Source: Chrysomallon squamiferum
Taxonomy: Eukaryota; Animalia; Mollusca
NCBI GenBank assembly: GCA_012295275.1
Contig: CM022673.1
Coordinates: forward strand, 13,950,001 to 14,014,000
Direction: 5' to 3'
Length of the DNA: 64,000 nucleotides
The notes beneath the pieces were generated by a model that ran no database searches, had not been told where the DNA came from, and saw nothing but the letters and a program-made list of their open reading frames with translations. Both the position numbers and the translations under genes were made by a program. Positions 1 through 64,000 of the stretch are shown piece after piece (the stretch's first letter is position 1; every line of letters starts with the position of its first letter).

Positions 1-311
1 ATGGTTATTCGTATAATAAGAAAAAAAAATCATGTGTGTTTCATCCCAGGACAAAACAAAGTTATTGCTATTTTAAATTTTAAATTAGACATTTTGTTCA
101 GTTTGGATATATGAAGGTAGCAAACTGCAATAAAACATTTGTAGAAACTGTAAATAAATAACTCCAGTTTGCCCAATAGGCTAAAATTTAAAACTGTTTT
201 TCAAATGTTATAATGCTGAAGATTTTCTTGAGACTGATTTGTAGCTGAATTTGGAGAGAGATAAATGTATTTTATGTGTTTTGGGGTTTCTTTCAAAATG
301 TTTTTTTTTAG

Positions 312-50487
<50,176 letters not shown>

Positions 50488-50556
50488 ATATTAGTAAACA
50501 CAGACTATTTTCATCAAGCATATAGTATTTATCAGTGAAAAAACAAACTCCTAACA

Positions 50557-50567
50557 AATAAAATAAA
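50557..50567 (+). terminator. Candidate polyadenylation signals (overlapping AATAAA) of the MALRD1-like gene
   Basis: AATAAAATAAA about 70 nt after the stop; a weak signal in AT-rich DNA, and another lies at 51181. Confidence 0.3.
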
Positions 50568-52263
50568 TTTTATTACAAAACAAATATATTTGTCATGCTT
50601 TATTAAATCATATAACAGTTCTCCTGTTTTATAATTCCTTATATGGATTTTTATTTGTTATTGTTAAATTAATTTTTCTTTTTTTTTAAATGAATTAAAA
50701 AGAATGTTTGTTTCTATTATTTAATGATTAACTATATGTAATATTATTCAACATAATTTTAGATTTGAAATGATTTGCCAATTATGTGAAAATGTTTCAG
50801 CTGTTCTATTTGAATTTTCATTCTATATCTGATGGTATCAAATCATGCAGTAAGAGTCTTTATTATATTTATATAAATATTTTTGTTAAATTTGACAATT
50901 TTTTTAAATACATGCTATATTTTGTATCTTATTAATTTTATTATTATTAAATTATTAATTGTTATCAAATAAAAAATATATATATATTTTTTTTATTCAT
51001 TAGCTTTTTTTGGTTGTCATTGTTTTTATTTATATTAATTTATCAGTAATATTTTTAATATCAACATTACAGTCATTGTAATAGCGAACTTAATAAGTTG
51101 TGATTCTACATAGTTAAACTGGCTTCTAAACTTTGAACTATATCAAACTGCTTAATGTGAAGTTTTCAGTTGGTTATGAAAATAAAATAACCATTTCTTC
51201 TCTTTTAATAAAAACTTAAATATTTAAAAATAACACACACACACACATGCCATTTGAAATTAATTATTAAAATAAAAATATAAAAAAATAGTCTTTTTAA
51301 CCATCTCCAATGGTGTTTGTTTGTGTGTGTGTTGTTAAAAAAAAAAAAAAAAAAAAACAAACAAACAAAGATAAACAGACAAAGGACCATTTAGAATCGG
51401 CATCTATCAACACATTTAATACACGGAGAAATATGCACGTGCTTGATAGACACGTTGCGTACGTAATACAAGTACAGAGGAATATAATGCGCACACACAC
51501 AAGCGAACATACCACACATGTATAAAATACTCGCCCACATGTACATAAATATATGCATAAATACGTACGTACGTAATTCACATGAAAACGTATATAATAT
51601 GCACAGACTTAAACATATAAAGAGCATGCACATAATATTTCTCAGACAAACGTGTGTAATAAAGCCATAATACATAATATTATAGATACATATAAGGGCA
51701 TGCAATATACAATATATTGTACCTCAGACAAAACTCATTTACACACAGATGTAAAACACAATAAAGCCATAATACACCCACATAATATTATATGCAGTAC
51801 ATAACATATACAAAACAGGACACAAACATGCACACAATAACACAGACTTGAACACAATACATAATATATATACATGCATTTTATAACATATAAATACGAT
51901 AATGCATAAAAATATATAAAAAAAAGAAAAAAGAATAATACAAGCAAATATATAATATATACAATCATTCATATTAGACACACAGATACATACAGATATA
52001 CTACATGCAAATCAACACGGGACAGACGTTCATACGAGCCTAGATACATATTTTGGCATATAAACGTATAATAAAAAATTATAAAAATTATAACACAATA
52101 TAATTATATACGAATGAACGTACAAAAAATAACAAATGTATATATAAATAAATAAACACGGGCTCACAAATGCATACATCTGTATGAACACAGTGCATAC
52201 TAAGGCATATACATACTAATACATCATTCTTTTTCTCTCTCTCTCTCTCCCTCACACATACAC

Positions 52264-52312
<49 letters not shown>

Positions 52313-53689
52313 CTATGAATAAAAGAAAACGAAACTGCTTTTATTCGATTATACAGGCTATTTCTGACAGCAAACGAATTATTGGCAGATCTCGTATAAC
52401 TGTCAGCATATTATTATTTATAACCAAGATGGTTTATATCATTTAATCACAAGTGAATATCTGAGCTCTACTATTAAAAGCACAGAGGTTCAGACCTAAA
52501 TATGACCGGTAGAATGACTTTACTTGAAACCAACATTTTTTTACTTTTGACGTCTAGTCGTATGAAATGGACGTGTTTGATTCGGGTATTGGCTTGAAAT
52601 CACTTTCCAAGTATCTCTCCTGATGATTATGATGCTGATGTTTACAGTCAGTATGATTATTTAACGTGTGTAAATATATCTTCACGCATCAGATATCTAT
52701 AGCTTATTATATGCCTTTCCGTATTTAATATTCAGATAAATTAATATAAGAAGTTAAACGTTGGAAGCACCCAATTTTTACTGGTGAAATTTTTAAAGTC
52801 AATTTAAATTGCGAAAATGACACATAGAGAATGATAATTTATGATATACTGTGTCACTTACAAAATAATATAATTAATATTTCAACAAAATAAAAAAATA
52901 AAAAATGAAATGAAATCAGTCAAAGAAAGAGAATAAAACACCTCCATTTACAATCTGCTCACATCAGCATATCAGTGTAATTGTAGTGACTGTTCAGATC
53001 TTATCACTAGCAACCAATCACTAGCCGGTGGTTTAGGCATTTTTGCACATTTTAAGCCATAATCTTAATTGTTAGTAACTGTGGTAAAACCAGTTCTTTC
53101 GTCTGAAAGAGAAATTTTATTATTATACCAATACAACTTTATATATTTTATATAAAATAGATAATTTTATGTTATATAAATTTTAAAATAATAATAAAAT
53201 AGATTGGTAACTTATTATTTAAAAGTACAAACAATTCAACTGTCCTAGTTATCATTAAAAATCATAAGAAACAATAACAATAAAAACATATATATAGTTT
53301 AATAATCTATTTATTTAAAGCATTTTGTTCTTTCTTTTCTATAACTAATATTTAAAATAATAAACATATTTATTATATCCGATAAAGTGTTAATAATAAT
53401 TTTAACAAAATAAAAAGATCTAAAATACAGATTGCACTCACGGTTTTTATATCCCTGAGTTTCATGGGTAAATAGTTTATTTGTTTGAACGAAATGCCAT
53501 CTGTTACTATTATGTTGACATCATAATTTTTCTATTTATAGCGTCAGCTGACAGTCGGACATGAACGAAAATGCTTTTGTCAGCCAAATTTTATATTAGG
53601 AAATCATATACTTTACCTATTTTAATGTCAAATGGTGGTTTTAGTGAAAACCCGTGAACTTTTCGAAACTTAATATTATATGTCATAAG

Positions 53690-53858
53690 CACCGCATCTG
53701 TCTAACTTGGATCTCCGGATCGGCGGCGGAAATAAATGAAAAAACAAATCGCATGGAAGTCTTCGTCAGTGATATCAGCTAATGATCGAAAGTTCATGAA
53801 TTTGAAACGTTATTTTATGAAATACTTCTGATTTGGTATTTATTTTACGAAAACGACG
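53690..53858 (+). promoter_or_regulatory. CpG-enriched putative promoter/5'UTR of the FN3 gene
   Basis: Local CpG cluster (ctccggatcggcggcggaaat) in otherwise CpG-poor DNA, just upstream of ATGCCAG|gtac. Confidence 0.4.
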
Positions 53859-56800
53859 ATGCCAGGTACATTTTAGTAATTACATGTGTCAGTAGATATA
53901 TGCAGAGTTGTCTTAATTATAGAATGATTATAATAGCTACCTACGCTAGAATTTAGAAAAGAAAAGTCGAGCACAAAACTGAAAACAACATTTAAACTAA
54001 AAGTCATTGTTGACAAAATCTAAAGTAATCCTGAAATTTTGACCTGACAGCACAAGTTTAATTCAACTGTTTGCAGTGTTTTGCTGCAACCAGTAAAGTA
54101 AAAAAAAACTATAATAAAATAGCAAAAAAATTTGGAGTATCACTATCAGTATTGAGTATACTCATAATACTCATTATACTGTATAGAATTTGAATTTGAA
54201 TTTGAAACCATTGGCATTGCACTTTCTTTCAGGATTATATGTACATAATACAAATTAAAATATCAGATACATTTTAATTATAAGATTTTATTTTGTTGCT
54301 TAAAACAGACCTGAACTGTGATTAATCATTTGCTCAAATTATCAATATTCATTATATTGGGTGTTGAATTGTAATTGTTATTTTTTTATTTATTATTACA
54401 CCTCTTATATTTAACTGATTTTTTCCTACTCTGTGTTACAGATAATTTGAAACAACCTCTTGGGCCCATTGTTTTGAGTTGTGTATCACAAGACTCGTAC
54501 ACTGTGTGTTGGGTAAAGCCAAACATTTCTGAATCAGTGGAGAATTTTCAAGGTTTTGTTGTTGAGTCAAGTTCAGATAATATTGCCTGGACAAAGGTAG
54601 GTTGTAAAGTTGAAGACAACAGACTATCATAGAAATCTACAGCAAAAAGATAGTGTTGAATGTAATTATTGATTATTAATTTCAACTTCCAAATATAACT
54701 CTGAATGTATATCAGTGTCTCTCTCTCTCTTTACACAAATACATATATATGTTAACAGTCTTTCACTATACAGTTATAACATTTATATAAAGTAAATATT
54801 TGTATATATCAAACATCAAAAATTTCTATATTTTTTAATTTTATTATTTTATTTGTTTAGATTGCAGATCTAGACAAAAATGCGACTTCATACACTGTTG
54901 AGAAGTATGACAAAAACTCGAGTCAGTTTATCAGAGTTTTGTGTCAGTACGAAGCAGGTCGAAGCAGTCCTCTTACTTCTTGTGATCTCAAAAATGTCAT
55001 TGCTGCTAAAGGTTTGTTTTCAAATAAAACATCTTCCAAAGTACAAATTAGGTATTCAAATTCATTTCACAGAATAATAGATATTAGTTGAAATAGAAAA
55101 GCAAGGTAATTGAGAAAAAAACACTAGATTGTTTTAGCATTTATATTACTGATCATATTTAGTGCGTCATTTAAATAAATTGAAACATTCCTCAGAAAAT
55201 CCGTTTATATTATAAAATGAATTTAAAATGTCAGTGTGCAAATAGGTAAAACTGACAGAAATAGAAGCATATAATAGTATTATATATATAGACAAATACT
55301 AAAGAGAGTTCATTTAATGAATTTTATTTTTCACATTTAGTTAGTAAAATTCTTATATTTTTCTTAAAATTTGTTAATGGGTTCCTAAATTGTGTATTTC
55401 AGTTAAAATGTTAGAGAAAAAGGTGTCTGGAGAAGAAAAGTTGGTGAATCTTTCTGAACAGTCAACATCTGTGAAACTGAGCGACTCTGGTGAGAGTCCA
55501 GACAATAAAACATCAAATGTTGTGTCTGAGAACGAAACAGAGAAACCAGAAGCCAGCATTCCTGATTCTGAAATCTCAGAAAAGATCTTGAACAATGTAA
55601 ACATTGCTGATGAATGTGACACAGACAACAAGGATATGTCTACAGATTCACTGTCACCATCACCATCAACATTAATTTTAGGTGACAGTAACAAGACAAA
55701 GGATTGTTTGTTGCCAACCCCAGTGACTGCTGCTAAAGTAAAAGGGGGCTTGTTGCCCACACCTGCACAAAGAACACTGGATCAGAGGACAGGACTGCTG
55801 AATGTTCATCAGTCAGCCTCAACACAGAGGAATAGTGGTAAATAAACTGAGTTTTATTTTCTAATTAATCTAATTTATGATAATATTAATTTTATTCATT
55901 ATTATTTTTATTTATTATTATTTTTTTATTTTTTTTATATCAAATATTAAATAATATACATATGTTGTGGGTTTTTTTTGTTTTTTAAATTAATAATGGC
56001 ATCTTTCATTTTCATTACTCACTAAATAAACTGGAAAATGTGTTTGATATTTTTGTTAAAAGAAACTTTTGTATCTCTGTCCTTTTGGTTTGTAGCATCA
56101 ATTTTGATATGAACAAGAACTTGTTTATATTTTTAATTAATGAAATATTTGCTGTGATATGTATTTATCATAAACATAATGACATTTTAATCCTGTACAA
56201 AATACACTTACGTATTCCCAGTTCAAAGTGTTTTAATTTTAAAATCTTTCTGACAAATTTATCATATGTTCAGTGGAAACTAAGTGATTACATGTCAAGA
56301 AAAGCTAAGTTGTTTATAAATTAAACTGACAGAATTTTCAACCCCATTGTTGATGTTGTACAATTGTTTGAAAAAAGCTATATAATTGGTTTCATTTCTA
56401 AATAGTTATTTTCAGCATAATAATGTAAGATATATATAACTAGATGGTTCAACATAAAAATTTAAGATATATATATAATTATATTTTTCACTTTCTGTCC
56501 AATCTTTAAACCTAGACCACAACAAGGCTAAAGAATCATCCTCAACATCATCATCACAGTCATCATCTCAAACTTCATCAGTTACTGTAGCAAAAGAGTC
56601 ATCTGGATCATCATCTGAGACAAAAGGAGAAGAGACTACAACAACTGATTCTGAGATATTGCCAAAATCTTCACACTCAGAAACCTCCACTGTTGATAAA
56701 GGTGAAGTAACATTTTTTTTTTTTTTATTGGTATTAAATATTAAATATTTCAGATAGTTTTATAATCAGTTTTTAATCCATTTATAACCAGCTAATTTCT

Positions 56801-59800
56801 GTAATAAAATATATGTTTTTTTTTTGTCATATTTTGACAATCAGGACAGGGCTACACAAATTGAACAATTGCATAAGCTTTCAGTGGGAATACATGTAAT
56901 TCACAAGTTATTTATAATTAGCTTAACTGGCTATATTATCTTCTAATATCTTGGAAAAATTTTCAACTAATCATTCATTACATTTTAACATGAATATGTT
57001 TTTCAAAAATGGATCTGTCTATTCTTTCTTTTTTAAATCCAGATATTGTTTACTTTCTTATGATTAAATGTGTTGGAAGATTATTTCATTTAAGATAAAA
57101 TAATAAAAAGTTTTTTTACATTAACAGCTAAGCTGACAAAACCTTGTGGTCCTCTGATGGTGGTTTCTGCTTCACCTCAGAGGTTCAGTGTTAAATGGAG
57201 CATGCCCAGTGCACAGGAACCTGGCTTGAAAAACTTCCTCGTGGAGAAAAGTACAGACAGTTCTACATGGACAAAGGTAAACTGATTGTATCATTTAACA
57301 GTGCAGACCTGTGCTAGTCACATAGTACTGATCAGTAACAGTTTTAATACTGAACTGTTTTCTGAATTTTAACAAAGTAGTTTATTAAAAAAAAAATAGT
57401 TGCCTAAAGAATTAACTAAATATAAATTGTCACAAACATGTCTGTGTAATATGAATATTTTATAATTTTCTGTAATAGCCTCAGCCTTTCTATATCACTT
57501 TCAGAAGATAAACAAAACAATCACATATATTTAAATTAAATTATCATGAATATGTCTGTGTACAAATGAATATTTCCTTAATTTTCTCTAAGACTAGCAG
57601 CTAAAGTAAATCACTTTCTGCATGTAACCAAGACTATGTTATGTATTATGTATTTAACATGTGTTTTTGTTTTTTCATTAATAAATTTTAATACCAATAA
57701 ATGATTAGTTACTAATATTTGTCAACAATGTTATTTTTTGTTACTGGAGTCTCTGTTTCTTGTCATTTTAGTGTTCAGTATTTGATCATTGTTTTATAAT
57801 TGTAATATATAAGTCATAGATATACAAATGCAAGAAGAAAGTTTTCTAGAGTTAATAAAATGCAAAATACTTCTGAAATGAGCTGAAGTGAAATATTTTA
57901 CAATTTTGAATACATTTTTATGTTAATTTAATGTTAATATAATAATTTGATACTAATTTAATGTTCAGTGCACAAATTGTTTATGGCACTGAATAATACA
58001 ATAATGCTTTGAGTTTATAATAATTACATACATTTTCTAACTTGTTCCTTTAAAACTTAATATTATATTATGACAGGTGGCTGAAACACACAGGTCAACT
58101 TGTGTGTGCAGTATTTCAAGTTACACAGTGAGAGATGATCAGTTTGTACGTGTGTTTGCTGTGTACGACACAGGAAGCAGTGATCCACTTGTCTCGTGTA
58201 ACCTCAAACACGTCATTGCTGCCAAAGGTAAAATGTCACTGCTTTAGAAAGTGTTCTTAGAAGTATTTTCCTAAAGTAAGACAATAAAAATGATGGGATT
58301 AAAACTTAATAATGATATATTTCATCTTAAAAGGTTAAAAAAATAAGTACTTATCAAAGTTAACATGTAGTTTAATAAATATTTCATAACTGTGAAAAAT
58401 ATTGATTGACCAGTATGAAGATGATCCCATTATTTTTACCAGTCAGAATTATGTTTATCTGTGAACTTTCAGCTAAATTTTATTTTTATATTTAATATTA
58501 TTTTGTTTGAAGTTTTATATCTTTATATTTGGTACTAATAGTTTCAATTTGTATTTTTTACATTTTTTTTTACTTTTTTCTATCAAACTGTTGTAAATTT
58601 ATAATCCATCCAAATGCAACATGTTTCTTAGCCAAAACATTAGCTGTAACAAGAGACTTAATTTTATTCTTCACTTGTTTTTTCTACACTTATATTATAT
58701 AATTTTTTTTTTAAATTCAGATCCATGTATTTCTGAAAGTGATTTGTGTTGCACTGTTTTAAGATGTGTTTTTAAATTAGGGTTTTGTTGCAGTGAAAGA
58801 AAAGATGATGAAGCAGAGCAGTGTAAAGGCTGGAGGTGCAAGTCTGATGAAAACTCCACAGTCTCCTGTCAGTCACTCGAGGTAAAATTAAAACAAAAAC
58901 ACTTCTTCATCAAATCAGGTTTGAATCAGAATCAATTTTTACAGTTAAAAATAATTTACTAAAATACTCATCTGTTGAAGTATGGGCAACATTAAAATTC
59001 TTCTCATCATTAGTCTTTTATGTTAAAAACAAATAATTTTATCTTTTCATATTTATCTTCATATAAGATAACCAAGAAAGATATTTAATAAAAACCAGAC
59101 ATCAAATAAATAAAACCTGATCATTGAAGACTGAGATATTAAAATTAAATAACAAACATAAACATGTTTTAATTGAATTACAAATATAAATAAAACTTGA
59201 TAACTTGCTCAGTTAAACTTCCAAAAATAAAGAATAGCTAATACTTTTCTTAGAAATGTTTTGTTTTAAATGACATACAACAACAAAAAAATAATGATAC
59301 CGCAGTTGTTTGAGGAAACTCATCTTGAGTTTGTACAGTAAAAACAAAAAGAACTAGAAGAAGAAACTAAATTTAGAAACAGTTTAAAAAAACTCAAATG
59401 GTACTTCCACCTTATTACCTTGTCAAATCAGTCAGTCACAGATTTGTCAAAACAACATACCGAAGTTAAAGTAAAATAATTAGTTTTAAACATTGATTAA
59501 CAGAGATAAATGGAAAAATTAATTATTAATATATGAATCATAGAGGTACAAATGCAAGTTGACAGTTTTCTAGAGTTAACAAAATATACAATACTTCTGC
59601 AGTGAGTTCAAGTGAAATATTTTACAATTTTAAATAAATTTTATGTTAATTTAATGCTAATTTAATAATTTGATATTAATTTAATGTTCAGTGCAAAAAT
59701 TGTTAACAGCATTCATTAATAATACTTAAATACATGACAATGAATTGATTAATGCTTTGAGTATAATTTTATACATTTTCAAACATTCCTATAAAATATT

Positions 59801-59828
59801 AAATGATATTTTTATTTAATTACTATTT

Positions 59829-59904
<76 letters not shown>

Positions 59905-62900
59905 TCTCACAAGTAAAGCCTGACAGTCAATATGCTAATGGCAGATTAAATATGTTTTGAGATGGTTATAATGTTGTTGTTAAAAATGTTTCTAAAATAC
60001 ATTGAAATGATAAATAGCAGACATTACACTAACAGTAAATAAAACATTCTTAAGAAACATTAATCATTTACTGAAGTTGAAAAAGAGTGAAAGTAAATTT
60101 TTAAATTTGAATATTCATCAATACATTTTTTTAAACATTTTGCAGGATTAAAACATAGTCACATTCACAACAGCTAAATACTCGTAAAATAACAAAGATT
60201 ATATCAACACAAATTTTAAGAAATTCCTTTCACAATATAATATCAGAGTTAAAAAATGTTTTAAATCATCGACAAATAAATAAATAAATAATAGGAAAAA
60301 ACCCACCATGCATAAATTGAAAATTACCATAAAACATGTAAAAATAAAATGTATTTGCTGCTAATTTACTGTAAGCTGAGCTGCACAAAACAGTATTATA
60401 TCTTGTATTAAGGAGCATGTAAGTCTTCTTCTCAAATAGTAATAGTTAAAATGAATACCTAAAAACTCAAAAAAAGTTTTAAAAATATATATATTTCTGC
60501 ATCAAGAAATGTTGTAAATTAAGGTGTAATATGAAATAAAAACACAACATCAAAACTGGTGCTACATACAGATCTTTATAAAACAACAACAATCAAAAAA
60601 TAAAAGCTTTGCCTTTCATATTAGTGTTTGCTTAAACACCATAGATGTAAATCTGTGAACTGCAGAATAAACTGTTGGTGCATGTAAATTAAAGAGTTAA
60701 ATTAAAGAAGAAATCTCACACAAGTTTTAATGTTTTTCCTATAGACATTTTTATCCGTGCTTTGTAGCTTCCAGCAGAACACATCACGCCAAGTCGGATC
60801 TCGCAACAATAGAATGCAACCTTCATCACCTGCCAATGGTATTTTATTATACTTACTTCTATATACACACACAGTCAGTGTACACACTGTCATGGATCTA
60901 ACAGTAGTATTGTTATACTTCCTACCTTTGTAAAGAGTCATTTCACAAGACAGGTATGTAGTTTCCTCAACAGGTGAATATAACATACGCAGAATACTGG
61001 AAATCAGATCCAGATTCATCAAATGCTGAATTAATAATTTCATATTGACCTCCAGAACATTTAGAAATAAACTGTTATGAAAAAAAAACAAGACAAACAA
61101 ACAATGTCTTGGAAGTAAAAGAAAAATGTTTAACAAACAAAAATATTTTTAGAGCAGTTCTGAGTTGTAATCAAATGTTTCAGTAATAATGTATAATGAT
61201 AACTGAACAGTTTGTAAAAGAAAACAGGAAGATAAAAACAAATTTTACAGGTGTTTTTTCCCACCTACCTTTAAATCAGCAAAAACATAACATTAAATAT
61301 TACCATTTAAAATAATTATTTTTAAGGAAAAAACAACTAAATTAATATAAAAATTAAAGATATCTTCTGTAAGAAAGATAACTGCATTTATGTTCATCTT
61401 TATGATAAATCATTACATAAAAATTTAAAAGCCAGTATATAAAACAAATTTGATAAACATAAAATAACAATACTATTTGTGTTTTTTAAAAATAAAGATT
61501 TGTTTATGACAGTGATTCCACTTGCCTTATTAAACATTGTATCTTTATTAATCAACCTTTTTTAAAAATATTAATCATGATCATGATCATGATTATAAAC
61601 CTTAATCTTTTGTCTTAGTATGAAGTTACTCATTTATTACTAACAATGAGAAACCACTAATGGTAACAGTCTGTGTAAAATGTATACCTCACAGAGGGTT
61701 AAAAACAAAAGTAAAAAGAACTAATAAAAAAAAAAAAGATTAAATAATCATTTAAAGAAAAAAACCTAATGTCAGTATTTTTTAATAAAATGCAAACTAA
61801 TTTAAGTTATAACCTACAGTTATTACTTTTTATATAAAGAAAATATAATCAATACTATTTTAATTAAATTGGTAGCTTGCCATCTGTTAAAGTTATTATA
61901 TAAATAAAATAATAAAATTCATCGTATTTTCATTGAAGGCAAATTTATATTCTAAAATTAAAACAAACATCAACAGTACATTTTTACAACAGTTGATAAC
62001 CTGCTTACTGCTAATTTACATACATATAAAACTTTCTGTAATAAAAACTTCAACAAACATTTGAAATAAATGATAAATAAGGTTGAGTTCATGTAAACAT
62101 AAAGTTTCAATAGTTTCATTTGCAATTCAATAAATTCTTAAACACTCTTCATTTGTCTTTAAAAGATTAATTTTCGTAATAATTAGTAAATATATATCAA
62201 TAATGTTGTACATATCCATAACAGAAAATACTATTTTCTAAGATATTTTATAATTCTTAAACAAATATCTTGCTTCAACAATAAACAAAAAGTTTAAAAA
62301 ATATATATATATATATATTTAAATTTAAAAACATATTTATATAATTATTAACTTATTTTAAAACATGAAGGTTACATTTTTTCAGTCAGATTAAAACAAA
62401 ACAGCTGAACAATAACCTATACTGATAAAATATTGATATGAATCTTAATACTCCTGTTTAGTACAGAAATAATTACCTGTTGGTGACAGAACAGATTGTC
62501 AATGTCTGTCAAGGCTTTCATGAGTTTTAAAAATGTTTATATGGCTATAAGAGTTGTATTCAATTCAGTATCACTTTTTCTTTAAAAAAAACACTAACAA
62601 TAAACCGACAGCATAAAACCTCCCTGCCCTCAAAAGTAAAATAAATAATAATATAAAAAACAAATAATAACATATAATAAATAGGTACGTTCATAGTCTA
62701 AAATTTGTATGTAAAATACAGTAGAGACGGTGCTAATCTGTTTTACCTTAGATAATAAATGAAATGATGTGTAACAGACAAATATTTAAACATTGTAACC
62801 TACCAGATCAAATGCATTGCATATTATTTACAGCTAATAGTTTAAGCATTATGAATGAAAGGTAATTATTTTAGTTATATATACATTTTTTATTTTAATT

Positions 62901-63922
62901 CCATACCTATCGTGATGGAAAATGATTAATTTTTCTGTTAATGATGCATTGTATGTTAAATTTGTTAAATAAATCAATATTTTATATTCATTTTATAATC
63001 ATATTTGTGTGTATAAGAATAAACATACTTTAAACATGCAGTAGGAAAGTGAGTATATTGCTTGATTGAAAGAAAATACTAATTATTTATTAATTAATTT
63101 GAGAAAAATTCTGATTTATAGTTTTTATATGATAATTATTGTTATAAAAATGTTAAATAAGATTGGTGTTGTCTTCTTTGATTAATTAATTTTCTTTCTT
63201 TTTTTATTTATTTATTTATAGATGGTCTACATGTATGTGCAGATAAGTATGTGTATAATGTCTAAACTGAATGATGGTGTGTATTTGTTGTTTTATACAG
63301 ATGAGATTTTTATTTTACAGAAAGCAGGGTTAGTTCAATGGGTGATATAGATTACAGAGAACCGCTGAGAAAGAATGGTAAGAAATAAATATGATACTAA
63401 TTCTTCCCTAATATTTCTATTTTATTAATATCTCTGTACATTTTATCTGGTTCATCATATTTAAAATTAAAAAAAAAAAAATCCTCTCATGTTATTTGTA
63501 TGTTGTGTCTGTGAGATATAGTTGATGCCTAATAATAATTAATGAAGAGTTGAGATATTAATAGGTATTCATATATTCATTTTCCTTTTAACACAACAGA
63601 ATGAAAAAAAAAAGACAGTGGATTGTGATTAATTTTTGTTCAGTTAAGTTATGGTCTTACTGAATTGTAGTCAGATTGATATGCCTTCCACTTGAAAATG
63701 TATTCAAGAATCATTTAAAATGACAAGCTAAATAAATTAAAGTTTTGTAGATCTGTTGTTAATGTAATTCATGTTTTTATTAAAATAGTGGTAACATACT
63801 CTGTTATATTTGTGGTGTTTGTAGATGAGCATTTTAACAGCTCTCAGAAACTTTGTCAGATTCTGGCCAAACTGTGAGAGAGGAAGAAGATGTCCGTTCA
63901 TACATCCAGACAGACAGTGTCC
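53859..63922 (+). CDS. Uncharacterised intracellular protein: FN3 - Ser/Thr-rich linker - FN3 - linker - CCCH zinc finger (continues beyond window)
   Basis: Exons 53859-53865 (MP), 54442-54596, 54861-55011, 55403-55837, 56516-56701, 57128-57276, 58077-58227, 58794-58881, 60768-60838, 63321-63377, 63825 or 63841-63922; phases chain 1-0-1-1-1-0-1-2-1-1. Confidence 0.65.
54442..55011 (+). CDS. FN3 domain 1 (two exons)
   Basis: LKQPLGPIVLSCVSQDSYTVCWVKP...FVVESSSDNIAWTK|IADLDKNATSYTVEKY...QFIRVLCQYEAGRSSPL matches the titin/twitchin-type FN3 pattern. Confidence 0.78.
57128..58227 (+). CDS. FN3 domain 2 (two exons), internal paralog of domain 1
   Basis: LTKPCGPLMVVSASPQRFSVKWSMP...FLVEKSTDSSTWTK|VAET...QFVRVFAVYDTGSSDPLVSCNLKHVIAAK; same intron position and VIAAK ending as domain 1. 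Confidence 0.8.
57814..59800 (+). repeat. Dispersed direct repeat of ~240 bp (57814-~58060 and 59538-~59800)
   Basis: tcataga..tacaaatgcaag...agttttctagagttaa...aagtgaaatattttacaatttt...aatttaatgttcagtgca.aaattgtt in both copies. Confidence 0.88.
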
Positions 63923-64000
63923 GTGAGTATTTACAGATATAGGTTGTTGCAACATGTTTTGAATAATAGGGTTGTTCCATGAACACTCCATTCCTTGGAT

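Noticed and set aside
52560-52650. Possible alternative first exon (MDVFDSGIGLKSL...PDDYDADVY, donor a|gtcagt)
   Set aside because: It needs an assumed frameshift to be open; as written it stops after 18 codons. No other support.
58621-58962. Cys-rich 113-aa ORF
   Set aside because: Mostly intronic. The exon-like part (58794-58881) fits the FN3 gene in a different frame (VKEKMMKQSS...).
60702-61136. 144-aa minus-strand ORF
   Set aside because: No recognisable motif. Its higher-GC part is better explained by the plus-strand exon 60768-60838, which bridges phase 2 to phase 1 in the FN3 gene.

Overview
AT-rich, microsatellite-rich animal (invertebrate, possibly molluscan) genomic DNA with GT-AG spliceosomal introns. 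No prokaryotic features, RNA genes or CRISPR arrays were seen. (1) 312-50487 (+) is the 3' part of a giant MALRD1/DIET1-like MAM and LDL-receptor class A domain membrane protein. I assembled 66 exons by hand (~21 kb CDS, ~7,000 aa inside the window; the 5' end lies upstream). They encode 35 complete MAM domains plus 1 partial, 21 LDLa, 1 EGF, a TM helix and a tail with two NPxY motifs. The ectodomain contains a 9-MAM/3-LDLa super-repeat in three copies. The third copy and what follows sit in a single 8,775-nt exon, while paralogous domains elsewhere are intron-rich. Many introns carry tandem repeats made from the adjacent splice site plus exon edge, most strikingly a 15 x 60-bp in-frame, stop-free array of 3' splice acceptors at 14.0-14.9 kb. 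(2) ~53859 to past the window end (+) is a second spliced gene, largely missed by the ORF track, encoding two intracellular-type FN3 domains, Ser/Thr-rich linkers and a Nab2/ZC3H14-like CCCH zinc finger. Two or three single-base frame disruptions may be assembly errors. All exon models are manual and have no transcript support.
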